A stretch of 34,901 nt of DNA, from the IMG/VR virus record IMGVR_UViG_3300016263_000687, positions 1 through 34,901 of that record; one strand, given 5' to 3'. This DNA is from a virus (Duplodnaviria > Caudoviricetes). The notes under the pieces are model-generated. The model ran no database searches, had not been told where the DNA came from, and saw only the letters and a program-made list of their open reading frames with translations. Numbering within the stretch: the stretch's first letter is position 1; every line of letters starts with the position of its first letter. Both the position numbers and the translations under genes were made by a program. Shown here piece by piece: positions 16,444-26,004 of this stretch.

Positions 16444-18189
16444 CTATGCGTAGCGGCCAAGAGCAGACCCGTTGGCCCGCCCAATCTTGATGAGGTCATC
16501 TCTGACGATCTGTGTCAGGACTCGCCCGTCAACGACGAGCTGAATCGTGGTGCCCATTCCAGCACCCTTCCCGAGCGGGATCACGGCCTCCGGTCCAGCT
16601 TCACCGATCAATGCTTTGGTCGGCCCGGTCACGATGCCGCCCTTCGCGAACGGCGTCCAGATGTCGCCGTCGAAACCGCCGGTCGGATAGGGCGGCGGGC
16701 CTTCGTAGATTCCGGGCGGTGCAGCGTTACCGATCGTCGTCACGTCGTAAATGACATTCACACGGGTGGTGATGTCGCTCCTGATGCCGTTCAGCCTGCC
16801 GATGTACCCATCCAGATGAGCAATCAGCGGCGAAGCCGGATCCAGCGTTCCCTTCAAGAAGTTCAGCGTCTCGATCTGCCGTTGGACGTTGCCGTCAGCA
16901 TTGCCCGATGCGATTTCCTGCGCTCGGATCGATTGGATCAACCGATCGATGGCCTGGGCGCTGCTCAGAACTGATTCGCGCCGCTCGAGGTCGGTCTTGG
17001 TGCCGTCGGCCAGAACGGTGTTGGTCTGCTCGATGGCTTTCGAGAGGTTGATTTGTGCGCCTTCCACGCCCAGGTCGGCGTTGATGCGCTGATACACCAG
17101 ATCAATCGATTTCTGCAACGCCTCGTTCTGGGCGGTCAATGCGCTGGTTTGCCGGTCGGCGGCTAGAGCTGCGTCGTATTGGGCGTCCCTGTTGCGCTTC
17201 GTGGCTGCGGTGTTCTTGTCGGCTTCGTCGCCACCAAGACCGAACATTCCTGCCACATCGTTGATGCCATTCACAACTTGCTGAATCGGGTTGGCTGCAT
17301 CAATCAAAGAGCCGATCATCGTAAATACGCTCTGATTGAAGAGCGGCACCTCGAGGCTGCCGATACGTCCAATAGCTCGAGCCATGGTCGCAAAACTGTT
17401 TGCAGCATCCGATAGGACTGGCAGCAACTCGGTGCCGAGGGTGACCTGCAGCTCCATCATCACGTCGTTCAGATTGTCGATCGCAAGCTGGTACTCACGC
17501 GCATTCGCCAAATCCTCAGCAGACAAGATCTGAGCATCCGGCACCGCAGCGTAAAGATCCAAAATGCCCTGACGGCCCTGCTCCAAAACCGGGATCAGAT
17601 CTCGCCCCGTCCGCCCGAACGCCTCATTCACCAGAGCAGCCTTCGCCGCCGGGTCCGTCATGTTGGCGTATGCATCAGCGACGTTCAGCAACGTGCGCTG
17701 AACATTGATCTGTCCGTCTGCGTTCTTGGCGGTGACAACTCCGTACTGCTCGAGCGCCGAAGTGTTCTCGAACAGGGTGCGGCCAAACTTGCTGATGCCC
17801 TTCGCCGCACTCTCAGCCGAAATGCCGTAATCATCAAAAATCGCGACGAGCCGGCTGGAACTCTCAGCGCTCATTCCGGTTGCCTGCGACACAGATCGGA
17901 CAGCATCCGCAAGCCCAGTCGTCGCTTTGATCGCATCCTGACCGAAACGCAACATCGCATAACCAGCGGCAGTAGCCCCCGCCGCCAATCCGGCCTGCAT
18001 CAACGCGCCGGTGTTGTTGGACTGAATGCCGAGCTTCGCCAGGCCCTTCTCGAACATTCCGGTCATGCCGGTCGCTTGGGTTTGCGTCCGGTTGACCATG
18101 TTGATCTCGGCGTTGAGCTTGTTCAGCTCGGAGATCGCACCCCCAGCCTTGGCGTCGATCAGCAGCGCCAACCGTTCAACGACTGCCAT
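16444..18189 (-). CDS. Tape measure protein
   Basis: 581-aa helical Ala-rich protein; FGRTGRDLIPVL; C-terminal FAKGGIVTGPT..GEAGPEAVIPL. Confidence 0.9.
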   Translation of the reverse strand: MAVVERLALLIDAKAGGAISELNKLNAEINMVNRTQTQATGMTGMFEKGLAKLGIQSNNTGALMQAGLAAGATAAGYAMLRFGQDAIKATTGLADAVRSVSQATGMSAESSSRLVAIFDDYGISAESAAKGISKFGRTLFENTSALEQYGVVTAKNADGQINVQRTLLNVADAYANMTDPAAKAALVNEAFGRTGRDLIPVLEQGRQGILDLYAAVPDAQILSAEDLANAREYQLAIDNLNDVMMELQVTLGTELLPVLSDAANSFATMARAIGRIGSLEVPLFNQSVFTMIGSLIDAANPIQQVVNGINDVAGMFGLGGDEADKNTAATKRNRDAQYDAALAADRQTSALTAQNEALQKSIDLVYQRINADLGVEGAQINLSKAIEQTNTVLADGTKTDLERRESVLSSAQAIDRLIQSIRAQEIASGNADGNVQRQIETLNFLKGTLDPASPLIAHLDGYIGRLNGIRSDITTRVNVIYDVTTIGNAAPPGIYEGPPPYPTGGFDGDIWTPFAKGGIVTGPTKALIGEAGPEAVIPLGKGAGMGTTIQLVVDGRVLTQIVRDDLIKIGRANGSALGRYA

Positions 18190-18746
18190 CAGAACACCCT
18201 TCTGGTCTGCTCAACGATTTCCCGAGCGAAAATATCCTCGGTGCGGCGCTTCGCCAGGGCAGTCCCCTTCGACCAAGGCCGACGCGCACGCGCACCCTCA
18301 TGCCACACCGGGCCAGTCCGAACCTGCCCATTGCCTTGCGAAAACACCAACACTCGACGCTGCCGCTTCGTCGCTTTCTGGCCACGCAAACCCTCAAAAT
18401 CGCCCTGCCCCAGAAACGTCTTCTGGTTACGGCCCCGAGGAATCCAATGGGCTTTCGTGCCCTGCTCCAACCAATGCATGTTTCCGAAAGCTCGCACCAA
18501 CGCCGTCACATTGTTTTCGGATTTCTTGATGTCGTAGCGGACGCCGACCTTGTGGCGTCCCTGTCGGCCCTTCTTGCCGACTCGGCTCATGATGATTGGC
18601 CGGCCCGTTGATCCCAGCTGCATCATCACGGCTTTCTTCGTGAATGCTGCCGATGCTGCCGTGGCTTTGTAGTTGGCGTCTTTCAACCCGTTTTCCAGAC
18701 GGTCGAACTTCTCGATCACCTGGCGGAAGGTTGTGGAACGGCCCAT
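18189..18746 (-). CDS. HK97 gp10-like neck/tail completion protein
   Basis: Basic protein with HWLEQGTKAH..HEGARARRPW. Confidence 0.7.
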   Translation of the reverse strand: MGRSTTFRQVIEKFDRLENGLKDANYKATAASAAFTKKAVMMQLGSTGRPIIMSRVGKKGRQGRHKVGVRYDIKKSENNVTALVRAFGNMHWLEQGTKAHWIPRGRNQKTFLGQGDFEGLRGQKATKRQRRVLVFSQGNGQVRTGPVWHEGARARRPWSKGTALAKRRTEDIFAREIVEQTRRVF

Positions 18747-18888
18747 CAGTCTTCTCCGGCGTAAGCCAGGTTCAGCAACGCCAAATCACGGGCGGTGTAT
18801 TGAGTCCTGACCATTTCGGGTGTGATGTTGCTTGGCGGCCGGCACAACGTGACGATCCACGCATCTAGGGTGCGGCCGCCTACTGAGG
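18746..18888 (-). CDS. Frameshift extension of the tail chaperone (T part, -1 frame)
   Basis: Open -1 frame PSVGGRTLDAWIVTLCRPPSNITPEMVRTQYTARDLALLNLAYAGED fills the gap; its TGA overlaps the next ATG. Confidence 0.65.
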
Positions 18889-19173
18889 GACCCCATCCTC
18901 GAACTGTTCCGGCAGGTCATCTTCGACCTGCACGAAATAGTCGGTGATGTTCCGGCCCGTCAGAGCATCCGGTGCTGGCACGCCGAGGTGGGCACAGACA
19001 GCCTCGAGCACATCCTGGGCAACGAACAGGTTGAGTAGCGGAGCTGCCTGAGTCAGCAGCCATGTCTGATCGTTGTTCTTGGCGATGGTCGCGAGAACGC
19101 CGACCGGGAGGTCCCTGATCTGGAACTCCTGGTCGGCGATTCTCACGGCCCAAACGAAATCTTCTCCGGGCAC
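18880..19173 (-). CDS. Tail assembly chaperone (G)
   Basis: Directly after tail tube gene; acidic C-terminus. Confidence 0.7.
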   Translation of the reverse strand: MPGEDFVWAVRIADQEFQIRDLPVGVLATIAKNNDQTWLLTQAAPLLNLFVAQDVLEAVCAHLGVPAPDALTGRNITDYFVQVEDDLPEQFEDGVPQ

Positions 19174-19192
19174 GGAATCTCCTAGTTGTTGG

Positions 19193-19591
19193 TTAGCCGA
19201 CCTTCGTCCAAGCGCTGGCAGCGTTCCAGTCGCCCGAGACCGTCACGGCGCCGTTCACGTCGGCGTCGATCGAGAAATCGAAGGTGGCGGTGCCGTACCA
19301 ATACTGGCTCGACGTGGAGGTCGAAGGGTAGAGGTACACCTTGCGGGCCACACCGTCGGTAGCGGCGGTGTAGAGCTGCGCCGTAGCGTCGTCGTAGAAA
19401 CCGGTGATCGACCCGTTGACCTTCGGAAGGCCCTGGACCGTGACGCTGTTCGTGTCACCGAACGCAGTCACATCCACCGTGTCGCTGGCAAACGAAATCG
19501 ACCACTTGGACAGGAACGCGATCGGCTCTGCCGTCCCGCCAGACGAAATGCCGGCGTACAGGCGACCGTTGCGACCGTGAATGCGGGCCAC
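19193..19591 (-). CDS. Major tail (tube) protein
   Basis: WSISF..DTVDVTAFGD..GL..GSITGFYD tail-tube pattern; AAGGAG RBS. Confidence 0.85.
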   Translation of the reverse strand: MARIHGRNGRLYAGISSGGTAEPIAFLSKWSISFASDTVDVTAFGDTNSVTVQGLPKVNGSITGFYDDATAQLYTAATDGVARKVYLYPSTSTSSQYWYGTATFDFSIDADVNGAVTVSGDWNAASAWTKVG

Positions 19592-19618
19592 GTTGACTCC
19601 TTGAGAAACTTGGGGCCG

Positions 19619-20641
19619 TCAGAAGCCCAGACGCTCCAGAAGCGTGCGGGCGTTGTTCTCAAATGTACGACCGGCAACGGCTTCTCTCGCGGCGTGCGCC
19701 ACCCGTTCCCGCTCCCCATCGTGGCTCAACCACCAATCGAGCAGAGGCCGCACCTCGCCCGGCTCCGAAAAACTCGGCAACATTCCGAGCACCAGATCCG
19801 ATTCCGGGCGAGGTTCCCGCAGAAAGAACGTGCCCGTGGCGGCAAGCTCCACCTCCCTCGGCCCCATCGCCCAGCCGGCACTCAGATCCTCCGACGATGC
19901 TTCTTTCCGGTACAGGTTGATGGAAGCCCTCGAGGACTGGTAGAGGCGCACCGTGTCGTCGTTGTCGCAGCAGAACTCGACTGGATGCACCAGGCGGTCG
20001 GTAAACCACGGATCTTCTCGCCATTGCTGGAAGTTTCCGGCGAACCTGACCTGGAGGCCGTCGAGGTCGCAAGCCCGGAAGAACTCGGCACGGCTCGGAT
20101 AGCAGGTGCCCACAAACGAAAGATCACAGGCCAAATCAGGATCGGCAGGCCCCGGCTTGTGCAGCTCGGGCCGGTAGGCATGAGGCACATAGAAAGATTG
20201 GGCGTTTTCCTGTCGGAAGCGGGCCAGATTCGTCGGATCGTTCAGCAGCACCAAGTCGAAGAACCCGGCACGTTCCAGCTGCTTGTCGTCCTCGTACGGG
20301 CTTTCGGTGAACAGAGCAACGAGCTTGTGGCCCCGAGCACGGATCACCGGATAGATAGCCGGCGGCAGAAAGAACCCTGAGGTCACCAGAACAATGTCAG
20401 GCCAGAAGTCGTACAGCGCCGTCTTGAGCCCTTCTGCGGCCAACCTCACGGCAGCTTCTTCGGAGAAGGCTTTGGCGATCTCGCCGTCCCGCTCGAGCAG
20501 CGCCTGGGTGTAGAAGTTCAGCCGGTCATCCAGGTTGAAATCGGCTACTTCGTGGCCGAGGGCGCGTAGGGCGTCACGCCAGCCGTTGTGAACGTCGGCA
20601 ACGGAGAAGTGCGGGCCAGGCCGCACCATCAGGATCCGCAC
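19619..20641 (-). CDS. CgeB-like glycosyltransferase (GT-B)
   Basis: DLSFVGT..RAEFF, YQSSRASINL, PREVELAATG, ERERVA..RTF. Confidence 0.85.
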   Translation of the reverse strand: MRILMVRPGPHFSVADVHNGWRDALRALGHEVADFNLDDRLNFYTQALLERDGEIAKAFSEEAAVRLAAEGLKTALYDFWPDIVLVTSGFFLPPAIYPVIRARGHKLVALFTESPYEDDKQLERAGFFDLVLLNDPTNLARFRQENAQSFYVPHAYRPELHKPGPADPDLACDLSFVGTCYPSRAEFFRACDLDGLQVRFAGNFQQWREDPWFTDRLVHPVEFCCDNDDTVRLYQSSRASINLYRKEASSEDLSAGWAMGPREVELAATGTFFLREPRPESDLVLGMLPSFSEPGEVRPLLDWWLSHDGERERVAHAAREAVAGRTFENNARTLLERLGF

Positions 20642-21037
20642 CTAGAAGTAGTCCTGGCGTCCTGCGCGCTGTTCGGTGCGGGCAATCCAGGCGCCCAGCT
20701 CGTCCACCCAGTCGATCGCCCATTCGGACGGGCCGAACTCGGCGGTGGCCCGCAGCCGGGCATCGACCTGCTGGATAGCCGTATCCAGATTGGCCTGGGT
20801 GACGATGTTCGCGCCGTCGGCGGCGTAGATCCGCACCTCGAACCGGTAGAACTCGGCATCCATGCCGGAGGTCAAGATCGTGACCGAAATCGGCTTGAGA
20901 ATGTCGCCAGGCAGGGGTTCGTACTTGTAGACCTTCGTGACAGCCGTCAGGGAGGCCTGTGGCGCCCCTGTGGTCGTATTGCTGACCAGGAGGCCATAAA
21001 GGTCGTCCCGAGCGTTAGAAAGGCTCGTAGCGGCCAT
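20642..21037 (-). CDS. Putative tail terminator/neck protein
   Basis: Size and position between connector and tail tube; no firm motif. Confidence 0.55.
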   Translation of the reverse strand: MAATSLSNARDDLYGLLVSNTTTGAPQASLTAVTKVYKYEPLPGDILKPISVTILTSGMDAEFYRFEVRIYAADGANIVTQANLDTAIQQVDARLRATAEFGPSEWAIDWVDELGAWIARTEQRAGRQDYF

Positions 21038-21666
21038 CAGGCGATCCCTGCGGGCCTCAGGTACTCGGCCAGCAGCTCGAGCACCGCCCGGGGCACCGCA
21101 AACGTCGGCACCAGCGGATTGAACATGTCGCCCGCCGTCCCGAACGTATTGCTGCCGACACCCTGCTCACGACGCCACAGATTGGCGATCATGATGGCCG
21201 CCGCCTGCTTGAACACCGGATCGACCGCAGCGGTGTTCGCATACCGGCCCGCCTGATACTCGACCCGGACGATCCCGCCCTCCGGATAGGTGTACGGCAG
21301 CCCTTCCGAACGGCGCAGAATACGAAACCGGGCGGTGGTCGTCGGATCGATCAGCCACGCGTCAGCCGGCTTCGTCGTGATCGTCTCTTCGGTCAGGTGG
21401 GTGTGAACCCCAGCAGAGTCATATTCCACGACTGCCTGAACGGTGTAGATCGGGCGCAACCGGGTTTCAATGACGTGCTGCCCGTAGGTCAGATGGTCTT
21501 CTTCTGCGATCGTTCGGGCCACGACCGGGCCGCACAACGAATCGAGGCGCCGGCTGACAGCGGTGATGTATGCCGCCAGCTCGGTGTCCTGCGACGTGTC
21601 CGAAGAAGCAATGTTGATAGCCGATTTGCCCTCGGCAAGGGTCACCACATCGAGGGTGTCAGCCAT
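21037..21666 (-). CDS. Head-tail connector (adaptor)
   Basis: VTLAEGKSAIN..DTELAAYITA..FKQAAAIMIANLW..VLELLAEY gp6-like pattern. Confidence 0.85.
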   Translation of the reverse strand: MADTLDVVTLAEGKSAINIASSDTSQDTELAAYITAVSRRLDSLCGPVVARTIAEEDHLTYGQHVIETRLRPIYTVQAVVEYDSAGVHTHLTEETITTKPADAWLIDPTTTARFRILRRSEGLPYTYPEGGIVRVEYQAGRYANTAAVDPVFKQAAAIMIANLWRREQGVGSNTFGTAGDMFNPLVPTFAVPRAVLELLAEYLRPAGIA

Positions 21667-22222
21667 TCCAGAACGTCCTGTTGCCGCGGCCTACATCGTG
21701 GAAACGGTAGGTCCAGGTGGTCTCATGGACACAGATGAAACGTGCGCCCCGTGCCTTCATTGTACGCCAGAGGTGCCAATCCTCGTCCCTAGCCGCCACC
21801 GGGAAGCCCCCAGCATCCAGAAACGCTGACCGGCGCACCAGCGCCGTAACCGGAATGGTGTTCACCGCTTCCAGCTGCTCCAGGTGGCAGTCGTGCGGGA
21901 TTTTCCAATCTCGGCCTTCAACCTCCCCGAAGGTGTAAACCACATCAGCAAAATGGCGGTGTTTCAGGAGGGTGCGTAGATGGTTGGGACGGAGCCGGTC
22001 GTCGTCGTCCACGAAAGCCAACCATTCGGTGTCGGCCTGCATCGCCAAGACGTTGCGGATCGTGCCAGGGCCGAGGCCGAGCACATCGACGCAGACCCGC
22101 CAGGTGTAACTCGTCTTCTGCTCGAGCAGGTCATTCATCAGCTCGAAACGTAGTTCGTCCCGTTCGGGCAGGCTTGGCGTGATGACCGTCACCCTGGCCG
22201 ACGACTGTTCCGCCTTAGTCAT
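21659..22222 (-). CDS. Glycosyltransferase, GT2-like
   Basis: VTVITP, WLAFVDDDD, GGF..EDWHLW. Confidence 0.85.
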   Translation of the reverse strand: MTKAEQSSARVTVITPSLPERDELRFELMNDLLEQKTSYTWRVCVDVLGLGPGTIRNVLAMQADTEWLAFVDDDDRLRPNHLRTLLKHRHFADVVYTFGEVEGRDWKIPHDCHLEQLEAVNTIPVTALVRRSAFLDAGGFPVAARDEDWHLWRTMKARGARFICVHETTWTYRFHDVGRGNRTFWNG

Positions 22223-22917
22223 TTGCCGAAGCGGGCGTCGAGGAATGCGTCATCCGGCTGGTTCGTCCACCGGTCCCGGGTATGGCCCCAATGATGCACA
22301 CAGAACGACTCGGGAAACTCTTGCCATTCTCGATTCATGTCCTGCCCGTCGAACAGCACCGGGTTGAAATAGTGCTTCGGAAAAATGGTCAACCCGTCCG
22401 GGTTCAGACGTTGCATCCGAGACAGCAGATGCGGGCCGGTCACAGCGTTCATCGGTTCGCCCGGCATTTCTCGGAACCGGACCGGCAGCTCTTGGATCAA
22501 CTCGCCGTAGAACTCGTCGCCCCGGACGCATCCCATCAACGCATTCGACAGAAACTCTGAATCTTCCATTCCGGCGAAAGCTTGCACATCATCCAAAATC
22601 GGATCGAGCGATCTGAGACATTCCATGTCGGTGTTCGCATAGATCCCCCCGAACTGGTGAATGAGCTCATAGGACACCAGATCGGCCCGCTGCACCCACA
22701 CGCCCAACTCGGGCACGCCGCCCCCGGTGTTGACGCCAACCCTGCCAATCTCGTCATAAATGTCCTGGTTTGCCAATGGCGGCAGATTGTTCTCCGTCCA
22801 CAGCAGAACGTCGTAGCCGGCACGTTCCCATGTCTTGCCGAACTCGACCAGCTCGCGACGCATCGGCTTCGGGCCGAACCAGATGCGATGCACCGTCTTC
22901 GGGATTACCAACCCCAC
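22219..22917 (-). CDS. Glycosyltransferase, GT32/OCH1-like
   Basis: IPKTVHRIWFG, RADLV, GGIYANTD, NAVTGP, HHW motifs. Confidence 0.85.
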   Translation of the reverse strand: MGLVIPKTVHRIWFGPKPMRRELVEFGKTWERAGYDVLLWTENNLPPLANQDIYDEIGRVGVNTGGGVPELGVWVQRADLVSYELIHQFGGIYANTDMECLRSLDPILDDVQAFAGMEDSEFLSNALMGCVRGDEFYGELIQELPVRFREMPGEPMNAVTGPHLLSRMQRLNPDGLTIFPKHYFNPVLFDGQDMNREWQEFPESFCVHHWGHTRDRWTNQPDDAFLDARFGK

Positions 22918-23825
22918 AACACACCAACGTTCTGAGCGTAGAAATCGACCACCTCGGGCACGCTGTCCTCAAGGGTCTTCAACACCGGGAAACCCTGATA
23001 CAGAGGCCGCAGAGTCTCCGGGTCGCCCAGCACGATCGAATGCTCCGGCTCCCCGGGCCGCATCGGCAAATGAGTGATCTGCACCCGATCATCGATCTTG
23101 GCTTCCACATCCCGGGCGACGACCTGGGCAATATCGAGCACCGTCGTCGGACGGCCCGTGCCTGCCTCATACGGAATGCCATCAGGATGCGGGCCGACCT
23201 CGAGGGCACGCACGAACACATCGGCCACGTCCCGGACGTGCACCATGTCCATCACCTGGGTGCCGTCACCGTAAATCTCGATCGGCTGGCCAGCCAAAGC
23301 TCGACAGACAAACGCCGGCATGATCTTCCGCACCTTTGACGGGCCGAACGGCGCGGCCACGCTCTGCCCGGGCCCGTAGGCGTTCAAGGCGCGCACGACC
23401 GCAATCTGTGTGCCTCGCTCCTGGTTGAACATCCGGGCGAACCGTTCGGCGCACGTCTTGGAAATGCTGTAGGTGTTTTCCATCCAGTAGTTGCCGACCG
23501 CGGCGTAGGCGGCGGGAAGCTCGTACTCGGCCACAGCCTCGAAGACATTGAGCGCCCCAAGCACATTCGTTTCGGCTGCAGGCCGCGGGTTGTGGATCGT
23601 TTCCTGGGTGCCGAGCACCGCCGCCAGATGGATGACTGCCTCGACGTGAGCGACAGCCTCGGTGACCGCAGTCGCATCCCGAACGTCGCCCAGGATCAGC
23701 TCGCAGCCTGGCGGGGCTTTCCTGACGTGCCGGTCAAACACCACCGGTTCGTGGCCCTGCTCGAGCAACGCTGTGACGACGTGCGAACCGATGAACCCGT
23801 TGCCGCCGGTCACGAGAACCTTCAT
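22905..23825 (-). CDS. NAD-dependent nucleotide-sugar epimerase/dehydratase
   Basis: MKVLVTGGNGFIGS Rossmann motif, YSISK (YxxxK), NAYGPGQ, IYGDGTQ. Confidence 0.92.
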   Translation of the reverse strand: MKVLVTGGNGFIGSHVVTALLEQGHEPVVFDRHVRKAPPGCELILGDVRDATAVTEAVAHVEAVIHLAAVLGTQETIHNPRPAAETNVLGALNVFEAVAEYELPAAYAAVGNYWMENTYSISKTCAERFARMFNQERGTQIAVVRALNAYGPGQSVAAPFGPSKVRKIMPAFVCRALAGQPIEIYGDGTQVMDMVHVRDVADVFVRALEVGPHPDGIPYEAGTGRPTTVLDIAQVVARDVEAKIDDRVQITHLPMRPGEPEHSIVLGDPETLRPLYQGFPVLKTLEDSVPEVVDFYAQNVGVLWGW

Positions 23826-24496
23826 GAGCACCCCATTTGCTTGCGGACAGTTTCCACGTCCCATCCGAACTTGGCTTCGGTCTGATTACCCCAGGTCGAA
23901 CGACCGCTTCCCAGATGAGTCGCCAGGTCGAGCTGGGCGATCTGGTAGCCGTTCGCAATGATCTGCTGGCAGGCCGGAACGTCGCCATGGCCCTGAATCC
24001 GATCGGGAATCGGGCCGATCTTCGGCCAGTCGGCAGATCGAAACGACCAAGAGGCTGCGCCCGTGCTGGCCCGCAGCAACGCCAACTGATCCCCGTAAGA
24101 AACCTTCCCCACGATCTGATTCCAGGGAAACTCCGGCTCGAGGTGGCAGCCGGCTAGGACGATCTCGGCGGGCGCCGCTTCCCACCAATCGAACAGCCGT
24201 TCCTGCCAGCCGTCCGACCAGCTCATGTCGTCGTCGGACAGGACGCACACATCAGCGCCCTGAACGCCCAGCGCCACCCTGGCCGCAATGTTCGTCCCAT
24301 GCCCACAGGTGGTGTTCGAGCTGGTAGAGGAATAGCCCCCGAGGGTTCTCACCATTTCTTCGGTGCCGTCGGTAGATCCGTTATCGACTGGGATCACCCG
24401 CACATGAGGCTTCTGGAGGCTGTCATAGGTCTGCCAGAACAGGTCTTTGCGGTCGTTCGCAAAGACGTTGTGGCAAAGGATCGTGGCGACGATCAC
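23822..24496 (-). CDS. Glycosyltransferase, GT-A fold (GT2-like)
   Basis: VDNGSTDGT and LSDDD motifs; GTG start overlapping the upstream stop. Confidence 0.85.
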   Translation of the reverse strand: MIVATILCHNVFANDRKDLFWQTYDSLQKPHVRVIPVDNGSTDGTEEMVRTLGGYSSTSSNTTCGHGTNIAARVALGVQGADVCVLSDDDMSWSDGWQERLFDWWEAAPAEIVLAGCHLEPEFPWNQIVGKVSYGDQLALLRASTGAASWSFRSADWPKIGPIPDRIQGHGDVPACQQIIANGYQIAQLDLATHLGSGRSTWGNQTEAKFGWDVETVRKQMGCS

Positions 24497-25668
24497 AGGA
24501 CGATCGGCTCCACCGACGGCAAATCCCCCTCCAGGGACGCCAACACCGGCACCCAATACTCCGAGAAAACCCGGTCGGCGTCATACAGCTCGGCAAACGC
24601 CCGTGCCTTCGGACCGGCTTCCTCAAGCATGTCCCGGTTCTGGTAAGCGAACTCGAGCGCCTGGTGGATTTCCTCGATGAACGGAATGCAGAAATCGGCG
24701 TTCTGAGCGGTATCCCAGAACGGCTGCGACCCGACCAAGAAACCGGCGCCGGGCGCCACCAACTCAGTCTGAGCAGAGAAATCGGTGACGATCACCGGCG
24801 TTCCGCACGCCTGCGCCTCGATCGCCGGGATGCCGAATCCTTCGCCCATCGACGGAAACAACAGCACATCGAAAGCCGAGTAGAGCAGCGCTAGTTCCCG
24901 CTGCGAAATGCCGCCAGACAGATAGCGGTACTCGTCAACGAACAGCATCGATTCCGGCTGGATACCTCTGCCGTTCGCCAAGCTTGTCAGATCCGCACCG
25001 TTCAATCTCGCCCGATTGTGGGCGTGAACGTAGAGCAACGTGTCGTCGTGAGCATGGTTGAACATGGTGAACGCAGCGAACGCCTCGGGGTACGCCTTGC
25101 GGATGATCGGGCTGCTGTTGTTCGTGGACACCATCCCGACCAGAAACTTGTCGGCAGGCAACCCGAGGATCTTCTTCGCTTCGGCGGTCGGCGTCGGCGT
25201 AAATACCTTCGTGTCGATGCCGTGGGGCGCGTACAGCGGATTCAGGCCGTAGGCGCGCAGCTGCTTCTCCCCAAAGCGGCTCATGGCGATAGGCGTCGAA
25301 CCGTGATCTTGGAAATGGGCGGCGACCATCGGCGGCGCCGGCACATGATCGATCGGCACCCATACAGCCATGTTCATTTCGGCGTAGACAGGGTTACGAA
25401 GCGTCCAAGCGTCGTAAAGGGCGATCAGCAGGCCCGGATCGCCGTTGAAATGGTGAAAGGCGTGCGCCGGGATCGTGTCATTCGACCAGTCGGAACCGGC
25501 TGGGTAGACCTTGACGCCTTCCCACTCGAGCACCGAACCGTAAAGGCCATAGTTGGCGATCGCCGCCACGTCGTGGCCTGCAGCCTGCAGCCGAGGCAAC
25601 ATCTGTGCGGTCTGCTGCCCGTAGCCGGTAGGTGCCCAGGGTGCGTTGGAAGCCCAAGCGATCTTCAC
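24493..25668 (-). CDS. Glycosyltransferase, GT-B fold (GT4-like)
   Basis: PTGYGQQ, PHGIDT, PSMGEGFGIPAIEAQACGTPVI. Confidence 0.92.
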   Translation of the reverse strand: MKIAWASNAPWAPTGYGQQTAQMLPRLQAAGHDVAAIANYGLYGSVLEWEGVKVYPAGSDWSNDTIPAHAFHHFNGDPGLLIALYDAWTLRNPVYAEMNMAVWVPIDHVPAPPMVAAHFQDHGSTPIAMSRFGEKQLRAYGLNPLYAPHGIDTKVFTPTPTAEAKKILGLPADKFLVGMVSTNNSSPIIRKAYPEAFAAFTMFNHAHDDTLLYVHAHNRARLNGADLTSLANGRGIQPESMLFVDEYRYLSGGISQRELALLYSAFDVLLFPSMGEGFGIPAIEAQACGTPVIVTDFSAQTELVAPGAGFLVGSQPFWDTAQNADFCIPFIEEIHQALEFAYQNRDMLEEAGPKARAFAELYDADRVFSEYWVPVLASLEGDLPSVEPIVL

Positions 25669-25868
25669 CGGGTCTCCTTCGCAGCCGTGACCCGCTTCTC
25701 GGGTGCCCGCTGCTGCCGGCTCTTCGCTTCGGTGACGATCAGGAACCGGTGGCCGAGCGGCTGCACCTGGACGACGCGCTCACCTTTGGCTTCGAGCTTC
25801 TTGATGGCTGCGCCGATCGTTTCGGCCAGGTCATCGGTTAGTTCTGTGCTGATGATGTGAGCGGGCAC
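25665..25868 (-). CDS. Small hypothetical protein following the capsid gene
   Basis: GTG start with AGGAG RBS; stop overlaps the next start. Confidence 0.7.
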   Translation of the reverse strand: MPAHIISTELTDDLAETIGAAIKKLEAKGERVVQVQPLGHRFLIVTEAKSRQQRAPEKRVTAAKETR

Positions 25869-25944
25869 GAACGCTCCTGTGGGTTTGTGGGATTGTGGGT
25901 CGGGCTGGGCCGTGCCTCCCAGCCCGTCCCACACCCAGGGGCAC

Positions 25945-25983
25945 GGAAAGGAAGAGGCCCGCCCCCGAGTGTAGGGGCGGGCC
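25945..25983 (-). terminator. Intrinsic terminator after the major capsid gene
   Basis: Perfect 10-bp stem GGCCCGCCCC/GGGGCGGGCC followed by TCTTCCTTTCC on the minus strand. Confidence 0.7.
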
Positions 25984-26004
25984 AACTTCCAAGTGATCTT
26001 TCGA

